Positions 19,841-29,962 of a DNA stretch of 64,000 nt are shown in pieces. The stretch's first letter is position 1, and each line of letters begins with the position of its first letter. Source of the stretch: a virus (Duplodnaviria > Heunggongvirae > Uroviricota > Caudoviricetes); the IMG/VR virus record IMGVR_UViG_2571042445_000002. One strand, given 5' to 3'. A model generated the notes under the pieces. The model was not told where the DNA came from. It searched no databases and saw only the letters and a list, made by a program, of their open reading frames with translations. The translations under genes and the position numbers were made by a program.

Positions 19841-20329
19841 TGCCTCATTAGTTGAGGTTGCTGCGTCGCCGACAGGTAACAGAACTGTATTGCGTGGTTC
19901 GCCAGCAGGCCAGCGATAGCCAGACACTCTTGATGTTGGGAATGCGCGAATATTAACAGCATCCCCCTGGTTCCCACCCAAGACAAGCAGATCGCCATTG
20001 GCGCGGCGTCCGACAACAAAGCCTACATGCCCACCGCCTGCGCGAGTAAATACAACGATACATCCGTATGCCGGTGTATCTAATTTCTCGCCCCAATCCA
20101 GATAGGATTTTGCCGACTCAAATCTTGTTGAGCGGATGCCTACACGTTCCAGCATTGCACCGACAAATGCTGCGCACCACGGCGTTTCATCGTCTTTAAT
20201 TCCACCGCGCTTAATATCCCGCCAGAACTGGACGATCTCAGGATTGTGTTTCGCTCCTTTTATTTCGGTGACTCCAATATTTTTACGGGCTTCAATAAGC
20301 CAGCGAGGTTCATTATTGATCATAATCAT
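19838..20329 (-). CDS. NlpC/P60- or CHAP-like cell-wall peptidase family protein (TIGR02594-like)
   Basis: 163 aa with conserved Cys (PWCAAFV) and His (GGHVGFV) spaced as in papain-like amidases. Confidence 0.45.
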   Translation of the reverse strand: MIMINNEPRWLIEARKNIGVTEIKGAKHNPEIVQFWRDIKRGGIKDDETPWCAAFVGAMLERVGIRSTRFESAKSYLDWGEKLDTPAYGCIVVFTRAGGGHVGFVVGRRANGDLLVLGGNQGDAVNIRAFPTSRVSGYRWPAGEPRNTVLLPVGDAATSTNEA

Positions 20330-20516
20330 GCTCCGAATGAAAAAAGAGCAATAACTATGTTGAGAATGTGATTTCTATTACACCAAACATTATTAAACGG
20401 CATTCATCTTTAACTTTATTCAATGTATTATCTAACAGAAAAGTTAAGTTGCGCTAAGTTAATGATAACACTGGTTATTATTGGTTTGCGTTATTTATTT
20501 GAGAAAAGAGAAAGTT

Positions 20517-21014
20517 ATGAAAAAAGCAATATTAGCGACTATTGTTTGTGCATTTGCATTATCAGGATGCGCTCCGGTTCAGACATACAACAAGCCTCAG
20601 CAAGTAAAACAGTTTGTTAAACGCCCAGCATTCCCTGTAGAGGAATATCAGGCATTGCCGAAAAAAGGCACAGGTAAGGTTAAGGGGGAATTATTTGGAG
20701 TAACTCGCGGAGGGGATGTGAAGATTGGTGCTGGCTCCAATATCATACTGCGTCCGTATACTTCATATATCAAAAATACCCCCAAAATTGATTACGACAC
20801 TCAGACCTTAGAAATAATCGACGGCAGGGTTGCGGAATATGACAGAACTGTCCTGACTGATGCTCAAGGCAAATTTGAGTTCGAAAACGTACCACCAGGC
20901 CAGTATGAAGTGATTGGTTCGTTCAGTTGGTATGCTGGAAATTTCCCGCAAATCGTTCTTCTGAACAAAATCATTACCGTTAAGAACGGTGATGTTATCC
21001 AGGTTCAACCATGA
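20517..21014 (+). CDS. lipoprotein with carboxypeptidase-regulatory-like beta domain
   Basis: MKKAILATIVCAFALSGC signal peptide and lipobox; DAQGKFEFENVPPGQYEV motif. Confidence 0.55.
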   Translation: MKKAILATIVCAFALSGCAPVQTYNKPQQVKQFVKRPAFPVEEYQALPKKGTGKVKGELFGVTRGGDVKIGAGSNIILRPYTSYIKNTPKIDYDTQTLEIIDGRVAEYDRTVLTDAQGKFEFENVPPGQYEVIGSFSWYAGNFPQIVLLNKIITVKNGDVIQVQP

Positions 21015-21126
21015 TCCCCTTTTGAGTAAGAACCTTCGGGGTGTGATTCTGCGAAATTAACACACTCCATACCCTCTCAAACCGTACCGCTTAAGGCGGA
21101 TTTAACGGTTTTGAGGGGGGCTTCCT

Positions 21127-24100
21127 TTGGACAAAATAATTGATTCAATTAGCCAGGCCACCAGCATTGGGGCGCTGATTGAAATTGTTAGTCGGTTGCA
21201 TAAACCGCGAGCTGTAGTGACCTTTGGCGTTAAGAAAGTCGATGGCGTCAGTATTCAGAAAACACGCCGGGCAGCAAACAACGCCGCAGTAAATCTTCTT
21301 AATTCCCTTCCGCCTGGCTTCGATGGGGCGAAATTAACTGACGAACAGCGCCAGATTCTTGCCGGGTATACCGGTGAAGGCGGCCTGACAGATGGTGAGG
21401 GCAGCCAATACGAATACTATACGCCACAGTTTATGGCAGAAGGTATATGGGATCTCTTCGGCGACTACGGTATTGATAGCGGTCACGTACTGGAACCGTC
21501 AGCAGGCACAGGTATTTTCCAGGAGACAAAACGGCAGGGCATGATAATGACCAGTGCCGAACTGTCTCCGATCTCCGGTCGAATAAACCAGCTTTTGCAC
21601 CCGGAAGATGATGTGAATATCGGGGCGTTTGAGGCGCTGGCGGCGAAAGATGCAATGTATGACCACGCAGTTGGTAACGTACCGTTTGGCGAAGGGCGTT
21701 CCGGCGTCGCCGGGCTTGATCCGGCATATGCAAACGAGAAGAACGTTGGCAATTATTTTGTGCTGCGCACGATCGACAAGGTTAAGCCTGGTGGACTAAT
21801 TGTATTGGTGGTGCCGAATGGCATGACCGATGGTACGAAATACAAAAAATTGCGCGATAAAGTCAGCCGTAAAGCGGAATTTTTGGGCGCGCATCGTATG
21901 CCTTCTGGTACGTTCAGCGAATCCGGTACAGATACCGTGGTGGACGTATGGGTATTGCGTAAACACCCGGAAACCTTCCTGGAGATGATCCCCGACACGG
22001 ATGATGCAACGCTCAAATCGGCAAACGTCCTTTGGGATACCTTCCTCAAAGGGAAATGGTTTACAACCGAAGGGAAGCGATTTGTTTACGGCGACATGGA
22101 ACGCACCAGCTTCCGCAATACCCTGGTGGTGAAAAAGGACGGTCGTGTATCCAATGAGTCGATGAAAACCGCGTTATCATGCCGCTTTGAAAGCCGTATT
22201 AATTGGGATTTGCTCGGAGTAACTACCCAGGCATGGCAGGGCGCAAAAGTAGGGGATAAGCGTCTTGTAGGCGGTATCTGGCATGAGTTTGATGGCCTGA
22301 AATGGGTTAAGGACACGACAACCAAATCCTCCGCGCTTGATGTAAGTCGATATGGTGTTTCGACGTTTGGCGATCTGCAGATCGCGTTCCAGTCAACAAA
22401 CGGGATTCTGGCTTTGTCATGGGACCAGATATCGGCGATCGCGTCCGACTATCCATCGGTTGTCAGTGATGAAGTGGCAGCAATGATTCGCTTTGCTGGC
22501 AAACAGCGAGAAAAAGACAGGGAGCGCGTTATGCGCGGTGCGTTGATAGGGCAGTTGATCAACAAGGCACTTGATTTGCGTAACCTGGGGGTGAACGTTG
22601 ATGACAAACTGGCAGATGCATCCCGCCTGGCGGCAGCAGAAGTTGCGAAGTATGGACCACCGCACGCGATTAAGCTGAATGGGCTTGCTGAAGCTGGCGC
22701 TAAAAACTGGATGACGTTCACTGGCAATGTGAAACAGGATGGTTCCACTTCTGACCTTCTGGCAGGGCGACTTGATGTAACGGATGGTGCTGCCGGTATT
22801 GACTTTACACGTCCGGAACAAGTGATAGCACATCTTTTCAGTGATGTAGCCCTTAATCCTATAACGCTGGGCGACTTTCGTGAGGCGTTTGCTGGTGAAC
22901 TGCCAGAGGACGACGACGCGGCCCTTGAATACCTGGCGAAATTTGATGATATCGCTATTGATGGGTATGGCTGCCTGCTGCCGATGGACCGCGCCACCAG
23001 CGGCGATATTGTAACCAAAACAGCATTGCTGGTGGGCTGGCGTGATGCATCAACAGGTGAGCAGAAAGCGAACTTTGAGCGTCAGTTGGCGAAAATCGAA
23101 GAGAAACGCATTTTCACGCCACTAAATAAAGTCACCGTTAATCTGAACGCCCGCTGGCTGGATCGCCGCTTGATAAAAGAGTTCCTGGCAGAGCAGGGCT
23201 ATGACGAGTTTAAGTACACTGAACCTGATCTGAAGGTCGTCGATGGCATTCTGGTATCTCCGGACGATTACGAAGGTAAGGACGGGGTATTTACCGGCTA
23301 TCAGCTACGAACCGTAAACGGCAAAAACGGGAATGAGTTCAAGAAGGCCAACAATAAAGACGGCTTCCTGAACCAGTTAGAAAACTACCTGAACGGTGTT
23401 AAACCGCGTGGGCAGAACGCTAACGAGTACCTGGATAAAATTGCTCAACTGGAAGTTAGCTTTAACGACTGGTTACGCACCCACCCGCAGGCGGATCAGA
23501 TAGCCCGTGACTATAACGACGCATTCAATGGCTTCATTCCGTTCACGCACTCTAACGCACCGCTTGGCCTGGAAGGGATTAGTGGAAAGCGCATTCCTCT
23601 GACTTATCAGAATGAAGAAGTTCGTCGCTTGTCAGAAGATGGGCGCGGCATCATGGGATTTGGTACCGGGCTGGGTAAAACCACGACCGCGCTTGCGCTT
23701 GAGGCGTATAACTTCGAAACAGGTCGTACTAAACGCACGTGTATTGTTGTTCCGAAGGCGGTTTATCAGAACTGGTATCACGAGGCACAGAGCTTCTACA
23801 GTGCTGATGCCTTCGCCAATATGATGTTTATCGGTCTGGATGAAGTTCGTGATGACAGCGGAAATATTCTGACCGCTCCGGTGCTTGATGAAAATGGCGA
23901 ACCCCGCCTCGACAGTAACGGGCAGCCTCTTACCAGAAATGTTGTGAAAGAGTCCGCCAGCGCCGTTATCGTTCAGCGCATGAACATGATCCCGTCGTCA
24001 AATTGGCGAACGGTCATCATGACAAAAGAACAATTCGCGTCTATCCCGCTACGAGAAAAAACCATCGAGGAGAACTCACAGCAAGCTGTCTTTAATGCTG

Positions 24101-27100
24101 TGGAAATGGGGCGTCTTGACCTGGCGTCTGGTAAACACCGTGATGCGCAGAAGAAGAACAAGATTAAGGATCAGGCCGCGAATACCGGTACAACGAAGAA
24201 GCAGAATATCCCGTACTTTGAGGATATGAACTTCGATAGCGTGATAGCCGACGAGGGGCATAACTACCGCAACTCCTTTAATGCCGGGCGTGAAGCGGGA
24301 CAACTGGCATATTTGCCTAACCCGGCAGTATCCAAGATGGCCCGCGACATGGCTGTAAAAGCTGCGTACATGATGAAACGCAACAACGGGCGTGGTGTAG
24401 TCATGCTGACGGCAACACCGCTGGTGAACAGTCCGATTGATGCCTTCAACATGCTGTCTACTGTCATTCCGCAGGAAGAGTGGATGCGCATGGGCATCAT
24501 TACGCCTGATGATTTCGTTCGTGTGTTTGGTAAAACAGCCACAGTTCAGGTCCAGAAAATTTCCGGGGAAGTGGAAGAGAAGCAGGGGCTGGTTGGCTTC
24601 CAGAACCTTGATGGCCTGCGTGGTATTTTCCATCGCTGGACTACTCTGAAGACTGCTGCGGACGTCGGGGCGACGGTTAAAATCCCTGATATTGTCGAGA
24701 ATACCTTGCAGATCCCGATGACAGGGGAGCAGGAGGCTGCTTATGAAGAGCTTCGTAAGCGTGCACAGGAGTTAAGTAGTAAAGATGCGCTGACGGTTGA
24801 TGAAAACGGGCATATCACAAACGAAAAACCGGATGATTTCATCTTCTCCATCATCCGCGACATGGATAAGGTTGCTATAGATCCGGATCTGTATGCCAGT
24901 GCGATTACATTCCAGTTCCCCGTTGAGCTTGCAGACAAGGTAAAAGCTATTGCTGATGCCCTGCCAAAAGTAGCTGGCGGTAAAGTGGCAGATGATGCAG
25001 ACGAGGCCGAAGAAGACGGCGCTGGTGGGCTGGTTAGTACGCGCACCAGTAAGGTAGTGAAGACCACCTTTAGTGAACATCCGGCGCATGTTGAAATACG
25101 TGCCAGCATTGAACTGGAAGCTGAAATACTGAAGGCCATTGCTGCCGCCGGGATTGATATGCAGCAGGTATCACACCCAATCCCGCCGAAGTATGCCGCG
25201 CTGATCGAAAACCTTCGTGAAGGTCTGAAGAACGGTAAACAAATTGTCTTCATTGATGAAAAAGCCCAGCACCAGAAGCTGCGCCGTATTATCGCCAGTG
25301 CACTGCAAATGCCGGAGCAGGAGATAGGCATTATCAATGCGACGACCGTTAGCCAGGCTGGCGGCATCAAGCTGAAGAAGGTGAATAAGCCGACTGAACC
25401 TACTCCGAATAAAAATGGTGAATACAAAGAAGGGGCATGGGAAACCTACTACAGCAAACTTGCCCAATATGAGGATTATCTCTCAGCTAAAAATGATGCT
25501 GGCCTTGAGGGTATGGAAGGCATTGCCGCCGACTATAACGAAGGGCGCACGCGCATAATTATCTGTAACAAGAAGGCTGAAGTAGGTATTAACCTGCATA
25601 TCGGGACAACCGATATCCACCACCTGACACTACCCTGGACACCAGCCAGTATCGACCAACGAAATGGGCGCGGTGCGCGCGTAGGTTCACCGCAAGAGAA
25701 GGTCAATGTTCACTACTATTGTGGCAAAGGCACATTCGACGACTTCCGTCTGGATACGCTGAAACGTAAGAAAGACTGGATCAAGATGGTGATGACCTCC
25801 GACATGTCAGAGATCGCCAATGGTGATGCGGATGATGCTGATGAACGCGCCATTATGCTGGCGGCAAACCCGGAAGAACGCCGCGCAATCATGGCTCGCC
25901 AGGCGCAAGAGCGTGAAGAACGTCTGAAACTGAAAGCACAGCGCGAGGCCAACAATGCTCTCGATATCTACCTGAAAGCGGCAAACGCCGCTGGAAAAGA
26001 TATCGGCATGATGGAGACAGAACTGAAAAGCGCGATGGAACAGATAGAGTATTACCAGCGAAATCTTGACGACCTGATAAAAGCGGGTACGAACAGGAAT
26101 GGGCAAAAATTCGCGCTTGAGCAGTTGAGTAGCTACAGAAAACGTGCGCGGGTGCTGCGGTTTGCGATCACCAGGGCAAAAGACGCGGATACCATAATGA
26201 AACGCTCTCGTGGTGATGTGGAGCGCGCTATTAAGTCTGGTGTGCTGGATATCAGTATCGATGTTATTCAGAACCCACAGGAATATATGCGCACTGACAA
26301 GAATATCCTGTTGCATAAAGGTAGTTATTACCGTGCAGTCATTGATGATCGCGAAACAACAGCGATTGTCCGGGTGGAAAAAATTGACGGTGAAAAAGCA
26401 CAATACCTCTGCCGTATCGCCTGGCTGGATAGAGCAAGTCGTTACGCTCGAGCACCGGGGTCAATCGTTACATTGCCGTTTGACTCTGTGATTGAAGCGG
26501 TAACTTTTGAAGAGGGGGTAGCTGAATCGCGCGCAACGGCTGCGCGTGGTGTTCAGTGCCACCAGCTATCAACAATACTTACTCGCGATCAGTTCTATGA
26601 TGCTATTCGCAATGGGGTAATGAATGTTATTGCTGGTAAACCTGGTAATGCATGGGGCGGTGGGTCAGCTATTAAATACTGGGCATATCGCACAGATGAT
26701 GGTCAGATCGCGCTGTCATCGGCCTATGATGGCGTGATAGGCCAAAAAATCGGGCGAGCATCGGATATAGCACCTGAACGATGGATATATCCAGATGGCA
26801 ACGATGAGGCGCTGAAGCGTGAAGTGGCAAAAATACAAGCCAGTGATAACCCGCTGAATATCGTGGACGGCGAGGGATTCCTCCAGGCATTGTATGGGTA
26901 TGATTACATCCAGGGAATGCAGGCATGGGGCGCACAGGCAACGATGGATGATGTTGTCCAGGAGTTCGAAAACTGGATGGCTGGGCGTGGTCTGTCAGGT
27001 CGTTCGCTTAATAAAGTCACTTCTGAAGATATTCTTAGCTTGTTCCGCAAACCGTCCGGAGAAGGTCTGGAATCATTCTGGAGGACCGTGCTGGCATACC

Positions 27101-27963
27101 GTTTATTCAAGGGCAGAATGAAAGCCTTTAGCAATATCGATGATATTGAACGGATGTTTAATCAGGTCAAGATCGCCAAAATTAAGACGAAGATCGAAAA
27201 AACACGTTCTGCGCTGGTGGCCTGGCGCGATGCATTGTTTGAGCAATATAAATCACTCAGTGATGCAGATGGATGGGCGGCATTGGAACAGTTGGCGAAT
27301 AATGGGGTAGATGGAGCGAAACTCGCCATAGTCCAGGCTGATAACCCCCTGGAATCACCGGCAGCACAGTGGATTAAGGTGGGGGCTGTCATCAATGCAT
27401 TTGATGAAAAACACATTAGTAAGGACGATTTTGCTGATGCTGTTTCTGTTAATCGCCTGGTAGAAATGGCTACCCGCCGCGCCCGTGAGTTGAAAGACGG
27501 TGACTATGTGAATGAGTTGCCGGATGCGCTCAAATCAGCAACGTGGCAAGACTATGTATCGCTGAAAAACGGCGGGGCCACCGAATCAGAGATCGCGGAA
27601 AGGCTTGAACAGGCTGAAAGCAAAAGAGAAGAGCAGGCGGCAGTGGCTGAAGCCAGAGCTGATGAAGCGGCGAATGATGACTATATCATTGTGGTTAATG
27701 ATAAGCCGATTCGCGCTAAGGCGCGTGTTCGCGGGCGCTGGTGGAGTGTCAGCGAGGACGTCGGTGCGGTTTATCTCATTGCCGACCAACCAGGTTCCTC
27801 GACAATACGGAACGCCAAAGACGCGATTAAGAAGATTGGCGGGCGTTTCTGGAATTTTGAAGCAAACCCGGTTGCTGATGTGAACTTTGACCGTCCTGCA
27901 TGGATGGTATCTACGCGTTACTCGGTAGATGAACTGCGTAAAATAATCGCCGATGCGGCCTAA
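21127..27963 (+). CDS. darB: DarB-like giant methyltransferase-helicase, putative antirestriction protein
   Basis: 2278 aa, TTG start after GAGGGGGG; MTase-like motifs LEPSAGTGIF and VGNVPFG; SF2 helicase motifs GFGTGLGKTTT, DEGHNYRN, QRNGRGARVG; size near P1 DarB. Confidence 0.65.
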   Translation: MDKIIDSISQATSIGALIEIVSRLHKPRAVVTFGVKKVDGVSIQKTRRAANNAAVNLLNSLPPGFDGAKLTDEQRQILAGYTGEGGLTDGEGSQYEYYTPQFMAEGIWDLFGDYGIDSGHVLEPSAGTGIFQETKRQGMIMTSAELSPISGRINQLLHPEDDVNIGAFEALAAKDAMYDHAVGNVPFGEGRSGVAGLDPAYANEKNVGNYFVLRTIDKVKPGGLIVLVVPNGMTDGTKYKKLRDKVSRKAEFLGAHRMPSGTFSESGTDTVVDVWVLRKHPETFLEMIPDTDDATLKSANVLWDTFLKGKWFTTEGKRFVYGDMERTSFRNTLVVKKDGRVSNESMKTALSCRFESRINWDLLGVTTQAWQGAKVGDKRLVGGIWHEFDGLKWVKDTTTKSSALDVSRYGVSTFGDLQIAFQSTNGILALSWDQISAIASDYPSVVSDEVAAMIRFAGKQREKDRERVMRGALIGQLINKALDLRNLGVNVDDKLADASRLAAAEVAKYGPPHAIKLNGLAEAGAKNWMTFTGNVKQDGSTSDLLAGRLDVTDGAAGIDFTRPEQVIAHLFSDVALNPITLGDFREAFAGELPEDDDAALEYLAKFDDIAIDGYGCLLPMDRATSGDIVTKTALLVGWRDASTGEQKANFERQLAKIEEKRIFTPLNKVTVNLNARWLDRRLIKEFLAEQGYDEFKYTEPDLKVVDGILVSPDDYEGKDGVFTGYQLRTVNGKNGNEFKKANNKDGFLNQLENYLNGVKPRGQNANEYLDKIAQLEVSFNDWLRTHPQADQIARDYNDAFNGFIPFTHSNAPLGLEGISGKRIPLTYQNEEVRRLSEDGRGIMGFGTGLGKTTTALALEAYNFETGRTKRTCIVVPKAVYQNWYHEAQSFYSADAFANMMFIGLDEVRDDSGNILTAPVLDENGEPRLDSNGQPLTRNVVKESASAVIVQRMNMIPSSNWRTVIMTKEQFASIPLREKTIEENSQQAVFNAVEMGRLDLASGKHRDAQKKNKIKDQAANTGTTKKQNIPYFEDMNFDSVIADEGHNYRNSFNAGREAGQLAYLPNPAVSKMARDMAVKAAYMMKRNNGRGVVMLTATPLVNSPIDAFNMLSTVIPQEEWMRMGIITPDDFVRVFGKTATVQVQKISGEVEEKQGLVGFQNLDGLRGIFHRWTTLKTAADVGATVKIPDIVENTLQIPMTGEQEAAYEELRKRAQELSSKDALTVDENGHITNEKPDDFIFSIIRDMDKVAIDPDLYASAITFQFPVELADKVKAIADALPKVAGGKVADDADEAEEDGAGGLVSTRTSKVVKTTFSEHPAHVEIRASIELEAEILKAIAAAGIDMQQVSHPIPPKYAALIENLREGLKNGKQIVFIDEKAQHQKLRRIIASALQMPEQEIGIINATTVSQAGGIKLKKVNKPTEPTPNKNGEYKEGAWETYYSKLAQYEDYLSAKNDAGLEGMEGIAADYNEGRTRIIICNKKAEVGINLHIGTTDIHHLTLPWTPASIDQRNGRGARVGSPQEKVNVHYYCGKGTFDDFRLDTLKRKKDWIKMVMTSDMSEIANGDADDADERAIMLAANPEERRAIMARQAQEREERLKLKAQREANNALDIYLKAANAAGKDIGMMETELKSAMEQIEYYQRNLDDLIKAGTNRNGQKFALEQLSSYRKRARVLRFAITRAKDADTIMKRSRGDVERAIKSGVLDISIDVIQNPQEYMRTDKNILLHKGSYYRAVIDDRETTAIVRVEKIDGEKAQYLCRIAWLDRASRYARAPGSIVTLPFDSVIEAVTFEEGVAESRATAARGVQCHQLSTILTRDQFYDAIRNGVMNVIAGKPGNAWGGGSAIKYWAYRTDDGQIALSSAYDGVIGQKIGRASDIAPERWIYPDGNDEALKREVAKIQASDNPLNIVDGEGFLQALYGYDYIQGMQAWGAQATMDDVVQEFENWMAGRGLSGRSLNKVTSEDILSLFRKPSGEGLESFWRTVLAYRLFKGRMKAFSNIDDIERMFNQVKIAKIKTKIEKTRSALVAWRDALFEQYKSLSDADGWAALEQLANNGVDGAKLAIVQADNPLESPAAQWIKVGAVINAFDEKHISKDDFADAVSVNRLVEMATRRARELKDGDYVNELPDALKSATWQDYVSLKNGGATESEIAERLEQAESKREEQAAVAEARADEAANDDYIIVVNDKPIRAKARVRGRWWSVSEDVGAVYLIADQPGSSTIRNAKDAIKKIGGRFWNFEANPVADVNFDRPAWMVSTRYSVDELRKIIADAA

Positions 27964-27999
27964 CAGATAAGGAGCGGCCCCAACCGGGGCCGAATTTGA

Positions 28000-28434
28000 A
28001 TGACGACATTAATTGACACTGTAAAACCGACGGAATCCTACCTTGAGGACATTTTGCCGCAGGCGCTCAATGGCAGGAGTGAAGAGGCGTTTCTGGATGC
28101 ATATCTGGATGGCATGGCGGAAAGGCTGAAAAGAGATCCACAGCTTTATCATCTTTATGGGCCGTGGTGGCCTGCGCTTAAAACGTTATTGCTGGAGCGT
28201 GGCGACATATCATTTGGACAAGTTGTAGATAGTGATGTGGCAGAAATCTACAAAATGAGTCGCCCGGCGCTTACGGTTTTAGCCGGGCATCTGTATTCGA
28301 GCGATCGCCTGGAAAATGACGCGGTATACAATCCCGTTCATGCTCTGGAAGTCGCGCCTTATGCTGATGATACAGAGCCATACGTATACACAAGTTACGA
28401 CGAGTCTATAGAGAAATATCGAATCGTGGGGTAG
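28000..28434 (+). CDS. hypothetical protein
   Basis: 144-aa ORF 36 bp after darB-like stop. Confidence 0.35.
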   Translation: MTTLIDTVKPTESYLEDILPQALNGRSEEAFLDAYLDGMAERLKRDPQLYHLYGPWWPALKTLLLERGDISFGQVVDSDVAEIYKMSRPALTVLAGHLYSSDRLENDAVYNPVHALEVAPYADDTEPYVYTSYDESIEKYRIVG

Positions 28435-28436
28435 CC

Positions 28437-28697
28437 ATGCGGAAGAATCGTAGGTTTACGATCGACGACTTAAAAGCGTACTCACAAGGGAAGGGATACG
28501 CCCTTGAATACCACCGTTATAAGCGGGTATTTACCCTGCGGCATATAGAAAACCCTTCGAAATGGGGATGGATTTATTTTCCGCACACTGACGATAAGCT
28601 GGTGGGACTTGTTGATGATTTATCCTATGAAGGATGGATGATTGCTATCGACAAGGCGGTTACGGAAATTAACGAACCTGATAAAATAAACCATTAA
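28437..28697 (+). CDS. hypothetical protein
   Basis: 86 aa, 2-bp spacing from upstream ORF. Confidence 0.3.
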   Translation: MRKNRRFTIDDLKAYSQGKGYALEYHRYKRVFTLRHIENPSKWGWIYFPHTDDKLVGLVDDLSYEGWMIAIDKAVTEINEPDKINH

Positions 28698-28872
28698 AAA
28701 TAACAAGTTGGGTAAATGACATACAATTTACCCGGCTTGTTGACCCGCATCACCATTTACTCTAAAAACAAGTCCGACCTGTTGCATCCGCCTATCTCTT
28801 CAGTAGTATTCCCCTCGGTTTTGATAAAACTAACGCTCTTGTTATTATCGTGTTCATGATTTCAGGAAGTTT

Positions 28873-28888
28873 GTGTTAGAAATTTGAT
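28873..28888. promoter_or_regulatory. operator-like motif TGTGTTAGAAATTTGA overlapping a start codon
   Basis: motif family member overlapping the VRR-NUC gene start. Confidence 0.5.
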
Positions 28889-29330
28889 GCGAAGACGCAG
28901 GCATCATAGTGCGTATTCTGAAATATCCCCGCACGCTGCTGCACTGAGAGAGTTAGAAAGAAATCCTGACTTATTAAAACGGAATTACGAACATTACGAA
29001 CAGGTTCGCGTTCTGGATTGGCTGTATCGCAACATGCGATACGTGTATGAGCACACACACTCAACACCGAACGGCGGCCTGAGAGGCAAAAGGACAGCCA
29101 TTAAGATGGTGGCAGAAGGTCAGAAGAAGGGCTATCCGGACCTTTCTATTGACCTTGCTCGTGGTGGGTATCACGGAATGCGCATTGAGATGAAGCACGG
29201 GAGAAACCGTCTGACTCCCGAACAGCTCGTCTGGATGACTCGCCTCACGGAAGCAGGCTATTACTGCTTTGAGGCGCGCAGTGCCGATGAAGCCATAAAA
29301 GCTATCACTGAATATGTAAATCTTGATTAA
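28887..29330 (+). CDS. VRR-NUC domain nuclease
   Basis: TPNGGLRGKR...GYPDLSIDL...RIEMKHGRNRLTPEQLVWMTRLTEAGYYC fits the VRR-NUC pattern. Confidence 0.5.
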   Translation: MRRRRHHSAYSEISPHAAALRELERNPDLLKRNYEHYEQVRVLDWLYRNMRYVYEHTHSTPNGGLRGKRTAIKMVAEGQKKGYPDLSIDLARGGYHGMRIEMKHGRNRLTPEQLVWMTRLTEAGYYCFEARSADEAIKAITEYVNLD

Positions 29331-29344
29331 ACGGAGAAATCGTT

Positions 29345-29545
29345 TTGCGTTTACTTAACGTGGCTGAACTTATCCCTGCCAGTGCTAACGTTGTTGCTCG
29401 TCGCTGCTCATGGCCTCATTCTTTCTGTATAGAGCTTAAAAAGATGGATGATGGGGCATTAGAAGCCCGAAACATAGTTACCGGCGACAAGGTATGCATT
29501 ACCCCGGAAAGCGCGAAAGCCAATGATTGGGAGTTTGTTCATTGA
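29345..29545 (+). CDS. hypothetical small protein
   Basis: 66-aa ORF within the same operon. Confidence 0.25.
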   Translation: MRLLNVAELIPASANVVARRCSWPHSFCIELKKMDDGALEARNIVTGDKVCITPESAKANDWEFVH

Positions 29546-29853
29546 GCAGAAAACACCACGTAAATCTGACGTTTGCTGATGACGCCGGAAGAACCAGAAG
29601 CATAACCATGAAAGTTGCTTCCAGGAAAGTAACCGCGCCACTTATACGAGAGGCCGTAAGTGAACTTGATATGAGTGAGAATGCAGCTCTGTTATCGGTA
29701 AGCTGGCTGGGGAAAATGACGGATCAGGAATACTCGGATGGTATACCCCACGGTGAGCGGCAGATAGTAAAGCGCGCGTTTAGAATTTCAGAGGTAGTTG
29801 TCGTACTGATAGCTTTGATTTATATGGCATACATGCTACTCCAACACGTCTAA
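29527..29853 (+). CDS. membrane-anchored hypothetical protein
   Basis: 108 aa with C-terminal hydrophobic helix VVVLIALIYMAYMLL; followed by strong terminator. Confidence 0.3.
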   Translation: MGVCSLSRKHHVNLTFADDAGRTRSITMKVASRKVTAPLIREAVSELDMSENAALLSVSWLGKMTDQEYSDGIPHGERQIVKRAFRISEVVVVLIALIYMAYMLLQHV

Positions 29854-29862
29854 ACGGTCATA

Positions 29863-29888
29863 AACCCGCCAGTTGGCGGGTTTTTTGT
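29863..29888 (+). terminator. rho-independent terminator
   Basis: aacccgcc-agtt-ggcgggtt followed by TTTTTTG. Confidence 0.7.
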
Positions 29889-29926
29889 TGCCTGAGTCTT
29901 TTTATTGAAATTGCATACTAATAAAA

Positions 29927-29942
29927 TATGTTAGAAAACTAA
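29927..29942. promoter_or_regulatory. operator-like motif TATGTTAGAAAACTAA
   Basis: motif family member about 20 bp upstream of the 402-aa gene. Confidence 0.5.
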
Positions 29943-29962
29943 TTTCAAGAAAGGGAACAAAC

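Noticed and set aside
21431-27416. Numerous antisense and alternative-frame ORFs inside the DarB-like gene
   Set aside because: All are contained in one long well-supported reading frame; none has an independent start context.
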